Below, one piece after another: positions 38,781 to 50,620 of a stretch of DNA of 64,000 nt. The position numbers and the translations under genes are program-made. Below the pieces are notes generated by a model, which was not told the DNA's origin, did no database searches, and worked only from the letters and a program-made list of their open reading frames with translations. Origin of the DNA: Lama guanicoe (Eukaryota); NCBI GenBank assembly GCA_013239625.1, contig MU056000.1, forward strand, positions 13,777,175-13,841,174, in the 5' to 3' direction. Each line of letters begins with the position of its first letter. Positions within the stretch are counted from its first letter, which is position 1.

Positions 38781-39725
38781 TCTCTAGATACCTAGTCCTT
38801 CTAGGGACATACACTAAAGGTAGGATATTTTCAGTTTCCATAAAACTGAAAGAAGGGCCCCGGACCTTTAACAATTTCCTTCTGATGTTTGTAGGAAACC
38901 AAATTAGTAATATTTTACGTCCTTTGGCCTTTAGAATAGTATCATGCATTATTAACTGCATTTATTTGTCAAGCTGCAAAAGATGTTATTGTACTTGCAC
39001 ACACTTTATGTTTCATAGGAATTTTTCCATTTACATAGTGCTCTTTATATTAACTTTCTTTTCCTATTTTATTTTCTTATGTTTTCATTTTCATACATTT
39101 TTTTTTCTGCTTGCTTTTTTTTTTTAATTTAACTATAGTTACTCACAGCGAAACTGGGGATTTCCTTATTTTTAAAATGAGGAAACTGACACTTAGGGTA
39201 AATTGCATGATAAAATGTAAAACAACAACAAGAAAATACCAAGTATCGTACGATCACAAAAATGGCAGGTGGAAAAGCTTGGGTTGCAGTTTATGAATTC
39301 TCACATCAAAGGTGATGATGTTCCCATTACTATACTCAACTTTGTTATTTAAATAAAAATACAGAACAAGGAACTGAGTGACCTGTTGGGCGTGTGGCTT
39401 AGGCTAACTCACCAAATACAGGGAATTAGTTCTTATTACCAATAATGCTGTAACCATTGGATAAACTGATAGAAAATGGTCTTGGCTATTTTGCTTTGGC
39501 CGTTTTTCAGTAGTTTCAAATTATTCTATTTGATAGTATTAAACCATTACCAAAGAAAAAGAATTACCTCATTTCTACTTTGTGTCATTAGGCCCAGAAT
39601 CCTTTACTTCACCTCTACAGAATGTTTTCTTCTTCTTGGCCGATATTCTAGGGTTTATAATATTACTTAGTATTTTAAACATTCCTTACAATATAATAAT
39701 CAGAGAAATATATTCAAGCATAATG

Positions 39726-40301
39726 TAGAGTTGTTATATTTAGCAAATAATGCAGGACACCCAATTAAATATAAATTTGAGGTGAACAACAAAAATATAT
39801 GTATATGTATTATACATAAGTATGAGATGAAACAGAACAAAAATACATGTGTAATATATGTATTTATTTACACACTATATATAATGTGTACACATACACA
39901 TATATATGTGTACATATATATATACAATGAAGTATGTTCCATGCAATATGCAAATATTTTATAAATATAGTTTATATATTTATATACACATATATGTATA
40001 CATACACACACACACACACACACATATACACATCCCGATTTTATGCATGGGACACATTTGTGCTATAATATATTATAGCATATATATCATAAGTATATTA
40101 TAGCCTTTTATATTAACATACGTGTATAGCATAAGTATGTCCTATGCAATATATCTGTAGGTGTATACATATATACACACACACACACACACACATAAAC
40201 GCAGGTATATTTTTTTTATCTGAAATTCACATTTCTATCCTGTATTCTGTGTGTTTATCTATGTATTTATGTCTGTGCACTGTATTTTATTTAGCAATCC
40301 T
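39726..40301. mobile_element. MER53-like palindromic MITE, expanded by microsatellite insertions and internal duplication
   Basis: The left end reads gttgttatatttagcaaataatgcaggacacccaattaaat...ttga. The right end reads tttatctgaaattcacattt...tcctgtatt...tgtattttatttagcaatcct. The central aagtatgt(t/c)c(c/t)atgcaatat motif is present twice. Confidence 0.75.
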
Positions 40302-40936
40302 GATTACATGCAAGCTTTAACAAATGGTCATGAAGCAAATGAACACCAGGTTAGCTATCCTCTGATAAAAAACATACCCGACACCCTCGCAACCACCCTT
40401 TTACCCCTCACCTCTAAAGAGTTACTTCTGTTCTTGCTTTGCTATTATTTCTTTGCTCCTCTTTATAATTTAACCCTTTGTTATGTACATCCCTAAACAA
40501 TACAGATAAGCTTTGCCTGTATTGGAACTAGATGTCATCGTGTGTATGTGCTTCTAGGACTTGAAAATATGGAGAGGACGAGTAATAGATATTCAAGCCA
40601 GAAGGGAGGATAGTTATGAGCAGGAAGTCCACTCTGTGTGGGAAGAGGGGGTCACAGTGTCCAGGGTAGAATCTAATTTTGCAGAGAAGAGGCAAGCGCG
40701 AGCCTGTGGGAATGAAGGGGGAAAAAAAAGACAAAACATCTTTAGGGTGGGTCAAGGAATCATCTGGAAAAGTATGGAATAAAAGGATACTGACTAGGTA
40801 ATGGGAAATGCAATGGGGGAGATTATGACAGACATGGGGAAACGCTGGGTCACTGTTTGGAAGGGAGTGATTACAGAAAGCAGAAAATGTAATGCTGATG
40901 CCACGTGTGGCTCTGCTTCAGAAATGCTCTGTTACA

Positions 40937-41066
40937 AGGAGGGGGGTGATATAGCTCAAGTGGTAGAGCACATGCTTAGCATGTACAAGGTCCTGGGTTC
41001 AATCCCCAGGTCCTCCAAAAATAAATAAATAAGTAAATAAACCTAGTTACCCTCCTTACCCCCTGC
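40937..41066 (+). mobile_element. tRNA-derived camelid SINE (Vic-1-like) with TSD
   Basis: Has an A box (tagctcaagtgg), a B box (ggttcaatcc), an (AAAT)n tract and an acctagttacc tail. Flanked by aaatgctctgttaca (40922-40936) and aaatgctccactaca (41067-41081). Confidence 0.85.
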
Positions 41067-43739
41067 AAATGCTCCACTACAGAACACAATAGCTTCCCAT
41101 TCACATAGCTTATATTTCAAGGACATTTTCTAAGATAGCACTTTATTTGGGGGGAAAAAAAACTTTGCTGAATGCAGTCAATATGCACTATTTATTTTAG
41201 TGTAAATCCAGCCTACAGCTTTCTAAGTCAGTGACCCAAGCAGTGTCCTCAAGTAACATACTTCATTCTATCCAGAGGTTTTTATTTATCATCTGACGTA
41301 TATATCTGCTCATCTTTATAACTAAGTGAGGAGGCTGTTTGGGGTTAAAGCATCTATTTCTACAGACTGCCTAATTTATTATAGTAAAATTTCCTACTTT
41401 TGTCAATAATTCATTATTTTCTTCTATGTTTAAATGGCTGGTGGTTGATGTCAAGGGAATTTATGTTCATATATAATGGAGAATGTGATCAATACTACTA
41501 TCAAAGTACGGAGGTAATTTGCACCCTTTGCCAATATTAGTGTTATATTTCCCTAATGAAACATAGTGGATAATGCAGGGTTTATTGTTGTAATAATTTC
41601 TATTTGCATATTGCCCCCAATTTAAGAAAATATTCCTGATATATATGCTTTGATTCAAAATTCAAGATACTAGTTGAGTTTGAATTTAGAGTCTAACATC
41701 TCTCTCGTCTAGACAGAGAGAGTTACTTGCCAGTGACAAAGGATTCCTAGATTTGTTACATACCTATTTAATAGAAAGATCAACATATAATTAGTCATAC
41801 AATCTGGGACACTTTTTAAGAGTGGAAGGAGATTTCCTTTATAATTACGTCAGGACATCGGGATGAATGTGGACATATGGTCTGTCTAGTAAGAGGCAGA
41901 TTCAAATCAACTCAGAGAAAAACGTGGAAGCACGGATGAGAAGGTGTGCGCCTAATGAATTGTTCTGCACTCATGTTTGGTCGGTAGAGGTTTCTGAAAC
42001 AGATGGCACACAGCAGATACTCCGTAAACAATTCTTGTGTGTGGATGAACAAAAGAATAACCTCTGTGAGAGTGATTGAGTGCCACTGCGTTAAATGAAC
42101 CTTCAGGAATAGTAACAGCCTCACTAGGAAAATAATTTTAAATGTATTTTTTAATCAGTGTATGGCTAGTAATAATCCCAAACACCTAATTTTTCCTGAA
42201 AACAGTTTTTTTTTGAAGTTTGGAAACCAAACTAAATGTTTCCCCAAACATCCCAAAGCCAAATTTATTGAAAAGAGAATGAGTGAAGATAATAATTATA
42301 TGTATAACTTTGAGAGTTAAATCCTTATTTAAAAACTGGCAGGCAAATAAATACATTCAAATGAGTCCCCCACGGTCTATCAAACCCTGCAAGAATAAAA
42401 GGGTAGCACTTCCTTCAGTGGTTCACCTGAGAAAACATAACATGATAGAGCCATGGTGTGGGAAAAAAAAAGACAGATACAGAGCTTGTCCTTTGTTCAA
42501 AATTATATTATAAATAATTTCTGGTATTTTTGAAGTTTGGAAATGTAATCTGGAATGAAACGAATGAACTATAGTATCTTTGAGATGTCTTTAGTCTAAG
42601 GAGTATTTTAGTCTCGGTTAGTATATTTCTTTCTCTTCCCTTTGAGTTTGGCCAGGATTTTAAACCCATGTATTTCTTTGTATACTAGAAAATTAAAAAG
42701 AATTTTTTATGTCATTCATTTATTTAATTCATAAAGGAATTCAAACTTGTGGAAGCATTTTTCTATTTGTTTTCTCACATATTGTATTTCCTTATTTATG
42801 CTATCATTCTAGTGCTTGGAGTCCTAAGGGGCTTTGAGTTTTTATAAGTTAAACTGATATACAGCTTGCATTTGAAAACATTCTGTACTGACTCTGAATA
42901 CACTGCCCCCAAATATTTTTCATAGCAGATTTTTTTTTACCCTGAAACATCACTTGATTCTTTTTTATACCATCGTATGTTAATACTAAATTGGGTAGAA
43001 TGAGGTGGCCCCAGTCAGGGAGATTATTTTTATTAGCTTCTGTAGTCATCACTGGTAATGATACTTCTCATTGAAGCTTACTTTTTTCAAACCAAGGGGA
43101 GCCCACAAGTTCATTTAAAATAGCTCTGATGGCAAACAGGTTGCTAATTAGCTTCTCACCAACTCCACTTTCTGTCCTTGTCCCTCAGTCTCCTCTCTCC
43201 TATCCACCTTGATCCACATTCACGAGGAAATTTACATCCAAGAGTAGAAGCAAGCGCTGTGGTGGACGCATCCATATCAGTGGCTTGCGCGTGATGTACG
43301 GACCACGAGGGTAGCTGGGAGAGGTCTGATTCAGATCCTGATTCAATGATTTTTTTCACCAAACGTGATTTAGATTTGCTCTGCCAACTGTTCTGGTCCC
43401 TCTGACAACGAATGGGTGGGTTGGTTGGGAAAGAAATGTAGGATCCCTGGGAGGGAAAGAGGATTCCAACACCCCTTCCTTTAGTGCCAAGCTCTGACTG
43501 CATCATGAAGGCTCCCTCTAAATTCTCTCCTATCCATTCCATGAAATGGATCTACGAAGGTAGTTCTGGCAAAACAAAACTCAGCTCACAACGTGCACAC
43601 TTAGCACTTAAAGTTAGACCCTTTGGTTTTCAAGCACCGTTTTCCAGTAATCGATATATACATACATGGCATCTGACCAAACTGTAAAATATCGAACCAC
43701 ATTTAATCTATCATAAAACATACATAAGCACCATGAAAT

Positions 43740-43865
43740 TTTTACAGATGACTCTAAGGTCATTCTAGTTGAAACTTTATTTTCACAGATTTAGAAAAAA
43801 GAAGCAAGAGACTGGACGGGTCCCTGAGATCACACAGTTAATTAGTGGCAAAACTAGGGCTGAGT
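43740..43865 (-). mobile_element. MIR SINE fragment
   Basis: ttattttcacagat...cctgagatcacacagttaattagtggcaaaactagg. Confidence 0.6.
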
Positions 43866-44780
43866 TGCTACAGTCACACTCATTTTCACAAACGGCTTCT
43901 AATTAAAACATTTTTCAATATTAAAATATTAATGTCATGATTTATTTAGCTGTTAAGGTGAAATGCTATTTGAGCGTTACCAGTTCTAAAATAAAGTGTT
44001 GCTACCTCCAGTGTTAGTGATACTTTTTTTGAAAACTATGAGCTCACACATTAACCAATATTATTTGAAAATTACAAATGACATCCAGAGTCTATAGGTT
44101 AGATACTTTCCGAATAAGAATACAAACGCTTACAATGTAATGAAATATATAAATTACATTACAAATAATGATTGTTTAAACCCAAGCTTAGGAAATTCTC
44201 AATTTTTGGATAAAACTGTAAAGACACATTTGAGTTTCAATAAAAATTGAAGAACCAAACATGCTGAACGGCGACTTTGCTTCATTAGCCATGAGGGATA
44301 GTATAAAATTTAGAAATGTTCTCTTATTTACCCCAAAGGGGAAAACAACATTTTCGTAACATCTGTTAAAGGGAAATATTGTTTTATGAAATAATAAAAT
44401 GTAATGTCACATAATACACCTAAATGTACATTATACTGACATTTTTCAATTTTTAAAGGTTTTTATCTTAGTAGACAAAAATAATTTTTTGACAATAAAT
44501 AAAAATAAAAGCCAAAGGTAACAAGCCTCCACTAATAAAAATATCTTTCATAATACGGTTTCTGGAAGAACTTAGATTCATGTCAGAATTTTGTTTTGCT
44601 TTGTTTTTTCCTAATTGACCTATAGTTGACTGACAAAAAGTCACAGTGTTGTATTCTTTGCAGCTCATTTAGGAATCCTAGAGGGTTCAATGTTTGTAGT
44701 TGCTGTTTTATCTTCTGGGGTTTTGTTTTGCTTTTGGTTTGTGATTTGACGTTTTTCTTTGTTTGTTTGTTTGTTTTTCA

Positions 44781-45145
44781 TTAATAGTCTTTATTTTTTT
44801 AGAGCAGTTTCAGGTTCACAGCAGAAAATACAGAGAGTTCGCACATAGCCCTCCCCACCCACACATATACACTCCCCTACCCTCAGCATCCCTCATCAGT
44901 GTGGCGTATTTGGTACAGTCGATGAACCATCATGGGCACATTATTATCAACCAAAGTCCACAGTTTACATTAGGGTTCATTCTTGATGTTGTACATTCTA
45001 TGGGTTTTGACAAATGCATAATGACATGTAGCCACCACTATAGTATCGTACAGAATAATTTCATTGCCCTAAAAACCCCTTGTGCTCCGTCTATTCATTC
45101 CTCCCTCCCTCCCTCTCCCCAAGCCCCTGGAAACCACAATCTTTT
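44781..45145 (-). mobile_element. L1MC1-like 3'-end fragment
   Basis: ttttttagagcagtttcaggttcacagca...ccaaagtccacagtttacattagggttcattcttgatgttgtacattctatgggttttgacaaatg. Confidence 0.8.
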
Positions 45146-45499
45146 TTTTTTTTTTCCTGTAGCCGTGATTGCAATCTTTGGTTTTAATTTTCAAAGGAAA
45201 AAGTAATTTGTTAACGTCTAAAGAGAACAGCAATCTCTCTATATATAATTTATATTTTTCATTACATTGTAAGGTTTTATATTCTCATTCAGAAAGTATC
45301 TAGCCCACAGACTCAGAATGTCACTTGTAATTCTGAAATAATATTGGATATATAAATAATCAATATATAAATAAACAGAATCAATAAAGCCTAATTTTCC
45401 TGGCTGCCTTCTCCTCCATGATCTACTACAAAAGGCAATACTGTCGTCCAATAGTTCTTGTTACAGTGCCTCAAACCTCTGAGCTCCACATTGCTAAGT

Positions 45500-46480
45500 G
45501 CAACTGATGCTTTTTGCTATGCAATTTGCTTCACTTTTGAGCAGCTTTTAATATAGTTGACTATACCCCTTCGATATAGTTATTTCCTTTGACTTTTAGG
45601 ACAGTACACGTTACTAATTTTCCTCCTTCTTCTGTGATTTCTCCTTTGCTGCCTGCTCTCTCATCCTTCTTGACTAAGTGATCACACTGGAGCTCCTCAC
45701 AGCTCAGTTCTAATCTATCTTTTTATTCTCTTGCTGTGGTGACTTCAATAAAATGCACTTCCCGTGTCCCCCAGCCCAAGGAAAGTCAGGGCCTGCACTC
45801 TGCAAGAGATGAGCAGTCCACTTTGATACTCAGTCTTATATCCAGTTTATCCAAGATCACTTTTTTTTTTAAATTTTTGGCTATTTTATTTTTAGCCTCT
45901 GGAAACCTGTTTCAAGAAAAGATACCATGTCTTAAACATTAAATATTTGTTCAATGACATGAAATAATTAACACTGCAGTTTTCAAATGGAATCTCAGGT
46001 AATTCCAGTAAACATTCAGTGGAGATTTTGGCAAATATTTGCATCCTGCGATTTGCATCATATTATACAAGATCACTTTTGATTTCACCTAAAATATCTT
46101 GACATTATCTCCCTTTCTTCAACTGCACTCTAAGGATGCTGGTCCAAATTATGTTATGTCTGAGTGAGCAAATTCATATCCCTAATCGGTTTGCCTAGAT
46201 GCTCTCTTGCCATCATGAGATCTGTTCTCTACTTCGTTCACAGTCATCTTTTTTCAACATGAAAATTGGATGGTAGGACACTCTTGCTTTGAACTTGTCC
46301 TTACATTCCTAGAACAAAGCCCACCATTCTGTCATGGCGAAGGAAGCCCTGACCTGCCGCACCCCTGCCTAAACACCCTTTCCACTTCTCAGTCTCATTC
46401 CGCCTTGATCTCTGCTCCACTACACAAGTGATTTGCCTCCTAAGCCAGGAATGAAGCAAAGGATGTTTCTTGCAAGAATA
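45500..46480 (+). mobile_element. Scattered L2 fragments
   Basis: Pyrimidine-rich L2-like phrases at ~45520-45740 and ~46050-46460. Highly diverged. Confidence 0.4.
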
Positions 46481-47343
46481 TCTCTGTCTCACAAAAGTAC
46501 ATAGTATATTTGTTTGTTTGTTTTTATGTTTGTACAGTAGCAAGAAAAGAGCAAAAGATAAGGCTGCTAAGAGAACGGTAAAGAGGACACATTTGAAAAA
46601 TACATATGTACCCATTTTAAATTATAAAGCAAAAGATTTTTTATATGTCTCTTTCTTATAAAAATCTGGATTTGCTGTCTTGTTTTGCAAAGCAATTCTA
46701 AAGAGCTTAGGGTAATATTAGCTTTAAATGCAGTTGTGATGAGATTTCAACTATTAAAAAGATAACATACAATTAAAGAAAATATCTTAGTTCTATTAAA
46801 ATGAAAGTAATACAAAAATAAACTAAAAATTGTATAATTTTTAATTTAATAAAATTTTGTATCTCTGAGACCAAGGTTATTTAGGCTTATTCCTTTAAAA
46901 TTCAGTGAAGATTGATGATCAACTAATATTTTAGATTCACAGAAATTTGTACAAGAAATTCATTCTTCTTATTTGTTGTTCAGCTTTGTTGTAGAATAAT
47001 GCCACTAAGGTTCTTCGAAATAAATTGCAAAAGCCCATTCATTATGAGATTTAGAATATTTAATATCAATTCTTTCTAAAATAAATCCTTTTCAAAAGAT
47101 TTCTCTTATTCCATGCCTTCTTCTGGTATTTCAAGTCTTTCATCACGTTTGAACCAAACTATTTCTAGATTATCTAAGGTAGTGAGAAAGTTAATGAAAA
47201 GAAAATCAGTGTAGGCATTGTCATCACATAATGCATTCTCATTCTAAAGTTTTGTCAAAATGACTCTCCTTCTCTGTCGTCTTTCTCTCTTTTCTAACGC
47301 ACCACCATAGGGTACAGTCACAATAGGATTCAGAATGACTTAC

Positions 47344-47595
47344 CCAGGAGAATGACAACACACAGAAGGATAGCGATTAAGGCTCCTGTACTCAAGCCAG
47401 CCGAGGACAGGAAGGCTTCTGCATGGCAGGTCCGCACACGCCCATCTCTCTCGCATGCACAAACCCTGATGGTGAGGGTGCTGCTGCTGCTGAGAGAGGG
47501 GATTCCACCATCAGAGATCATAATGGGGAGATAATACACATCCTGAATAGTTCGACTAAATCTCCTCCGCCTTGTCAGAATGCTGGCTGTGTTAT
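47344..47595 (-). CDS. CDH18: Cadherin-18 penultimate coding exon (C-terminal half of EC5 plus most of the TM helix), 252 nt, phase 1-1
   Basis: Translates to (D)NTASILTRRRRFSRTIQDVYYLPIMISDGGIPSLSSSSTLTIRVCACERDGRVRTCHAEAFLSSAGLSTGALIAILLCVVILL. The acceptor is tgtcatAG (47597-47596) and the donor is G|GTAAGT (GT at 47343-47342). It joins the terminal exon in frame (G|CG = Ala). Confidence 0.96.
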
Positions 47596-48529
47596 CTATG
47601 ACAGACATAAGCAGAACAAAATGTACTTAGTAAAGCCGCCATTCAAGATTCACATTTCCTTTAATGGATACAATGGGCATGTGAGATTTGTTTTCTCCAT
47701 TTATGAAATGGACACAGGAACATGAAAGAGAGATTATTAATGAGTAATGAACACCAGTTCTCAAATTGAGAAACCTATGTGGAAAATTAACAGAGCCTGG
47801 ACCAAAGGGAAGGGGCAAGAGTGGATGACAGAAGAGGCAGGAAGCAGTAAGCATTCGGGGCGTAGACATAATAGTCAAAGGATATAAAAGGACATGTGGA
47901 TGCCAAACTTCGGGGTGAGCCAGAGGTCTACCCCAAACCTGGTGACTCTGAATATAAACAATAGAAAGAGACATCTATATTTTCAGCAAACTATTCTGGA
48001 GACGTTACTATACAAAAGTGCTTAAGAGCCACTGATACAGATAATATATTTATGGAGACACCAGACAAATTGATAAAGTGTTTTAGACTCATTTGAAACA
48101 TTCCTGTTATAGTGGGCACACCATGGGAAAGTTAATGAGGAATATAATAGTTAATTCCATTTTTATGTGCTTTTTAACAGCTATGTACTATAGTAAATGA
48201 CTGCATGATATATTTTGATCAATGTGCACAACCCTCTGAGGGAGAGGATGTTAAATTCCTTCCATTTTAGGGGAAATCATTTTTACTAGAAATCATAATT
48301 TAAAAATAAATGACCCGTGTCCCAGAGGGTAAAATGCCCCAAGTCACAGGGGTACTGAATAATCAAGCTGCAACCCTAGTACATCTAGAACGTTGCTCAA
48401 AAGCACCGTGTCATACTGCCTCTTCTCCTCCAGTTCACTTCACTGGTCTTGGTGGCCTCGGGAGCACACAGTGCATGTTTATCTGAGCATCAGTATTCCT
48501 CATTCCCCATCTGCTGGCTAAAAGACCCC

Positions 48530-48888
48530 TTTGGCGCACGCTTGGATGTGCTGCTCAGCACCTCTTCATGGAGCGACCTGTTGCCCTCGCTGTAGATTGC
48601 GACCTGGCCCAAGGTCATAGCCTTATGGAGCAGCACACAACCAATGACTCATTGCTGCAAGGACATAAAGGTTGAGGTATTTCTGCTGAATGCAGGCACT
48701 ACTGAAGGGCAAGTTTACTTCCAGAGCTTTCCTACTGGGTCAGCCGGGATCACAGCTCAGTTTCTCATTCTTTCTCTTTCTTCCACTGTGGTCCACAGAT
48801 GTCGATCCCAAGGGCACCCTCCCGTAAACACCCTGCCTTCTAAACTCCAGTTTGGAGCCTGCTTCCCAGAGACTCCAACCTGCTACCA
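48530..48888 (+). mobile_element. LTR16-like (ERVL) LTR
   Basis: ggcccaaggtca...gagcagcacacaaccaatgact...gatcccaagggcaccctcccgtaaacaccctgc...gagcctgcttcccagagactccaacc. Confidence 0.65.
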
Positions 48889-50199
48889 CAACTGTGATTT
48901 AATTACTTCCACTAAAAAGTTAGTAAATCATTAGACAATTACTTTTAGGGATTCTTTTTCTCATATCAATCGCTTTTATTCTGAAAACTGGAGTTCTGTT
49001 ACTTAAGAGCATGTTTATGACAGTCATGATACAATACCCCACAGCTACATTTTCTTGATTGTACAGTGCCAAATTAGAACAGAAAGACAACCACGTTCTC
49101 AAATATTCAACATAATACAGATATCAGACACATGAATGATGTATGTTATATATGTAAATAAAACCTGTATATACACATATATACATACATACACACACAT
49201 ATATGAGTTGTTGAAGGTTTGTTACAGAGCATAAGCAAATTATCTAATAATTTATTAAAAATATTTCCTTACCTGGTAGAAGATAACTTTTTAAAAAAGT
49301 ATATCAATTGCCTACTCTGAAAGGTTTCAGAGTAATAAGAGGAAAAGAGGAGACTCCCCTGTGGTTTTAGGAGGACAATGGTCACAGGTAGTCTCGCAGA
49401 ACACTTGACCTTTAAGTAAACACATCTATCAGTTGTAGGATGTTGCACCATGATGAAGATAAGCTTGCCTATATGCACAATTTCTTCACCTAAGGAAAAG
49501 GTATGAACAAGTATTCACAGGCACAAGTGTCTGAGAATCTCACTGCTGCTCCTCCGAGGAAAAGATGTAAGACACTGGTCCCTGTCTCAGGAGACATCAT
49601 AACGTGTGGAATGACATGATAACATGCAGTGTAGAAGGGCTCCCTCTATGGCTCTAGCCTAGTGTCCACTTCACATTCCTTTTTTACATCAGGAAGCATG
49701 CTCTTTTCAAAGATAATGACTGGAAATGCAATCAGAAGTATGATCAGAAATGAGAAGAGGGCCAGACTATGTTTCTAGCACACTTTAAGTTCTCAGACAG
49801 AAAGCTCTTAGACATGGGGACATGAAAATGCTCTTTTGTTTTTCCGGCTGAAGGTTTAACTTTTGAAAAGAAAAGAGGATTCAGGAAGCGAAGAGCTTCC
49901 TACTTAGAAAGGCTTAGCACAGGAGAATAAAGAGCTCTTGACAGAGGATACTGTGTACCTCAATGCAACTGCAAAAAATGTACTTGGCAGCAGACTCACT
50001 GAAACTGAACAAGAAACCTTTGAACAAAAATGAAACAGATAAGGAAAAATATATATACATATATATGAGAATAAACTCCATCTTGCTGAAACTGCCATAT
50101 TAGGTGACAAGAGCAACAACAAATCCCTGAACTTGAAATACGACATTTAAAGTGAATAAAAAAACTAATATGAGTTGAATACAGGGAACCATAGCAGGA

Positions 50200-50620
50200 T
50201 GTAAAGTCTGTGGATGAGAACTGCTCAGTATTAATGTCAAATAAAGGACAATCTCTGATAATGTGGTTCTAATTCTAACTCTTAAGTGTTCAAATGAAGA
50301 CAGAAGGTTACAGAACACTTGGAAGCTAAGCTAATGTACTGGATTAGGACTCAAGGAGATTCTAAACAGATAGCACAAAGATCTTAAACTAACAAGAAGA
50401 CACGAAATAAAGATGTAGGATAGAGTAAACTTTGAAAAGTATCATACGGGAGTTCTCTTCAGTAACATCTATTATTTTCAAATAATAAGACTTCACTAGA
50501 ATACTGGGCATAAGTTTGGGTACCTTAAAAGTGATACTTAAACCCAGTTTAGAAAAACTTGACTGTGATGATAAAAGAGTTAGAAAAATATGTCATATGT
50601 AGGGTCTTTGAAACAAAGAG
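50200..50620 (+). mobile_element. L3/CR1 LINE relic
   Basis: gattctaaacagat...actaacaagaagacacgaaataaagatg and cactagaatactgggcataagtttgggtacc resemble CR1 RT 3' sequence. Confidence 0.45.

Larger units (their letters stand above)
38395..47343 (-). other. CDH18: Last intron of CDH18 (8949 nt, GT-AG)
   Basis: Bounded by GTAAGT and ccttAG. A CTAAC branch-point match lies at 38427-38423, about 29 nt from the AG, followed by an uninterrupted pyrimidine tract. Confidence 0.93.

Noticed and set aside
38174..38787. Plus-strand ORFs antisense to the terminal exon
   Set aside because: Short ORFs are expected in GC-rich antisense frames, and I see no recognisable protein features.
40941..41016. tRNA-like sequence with A and B boxes
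   Set aside because: It has an AT-rich SINE tail and TSDs and lacks a proper acceptor stem, so it is a SINE rather than a tRNA gene.
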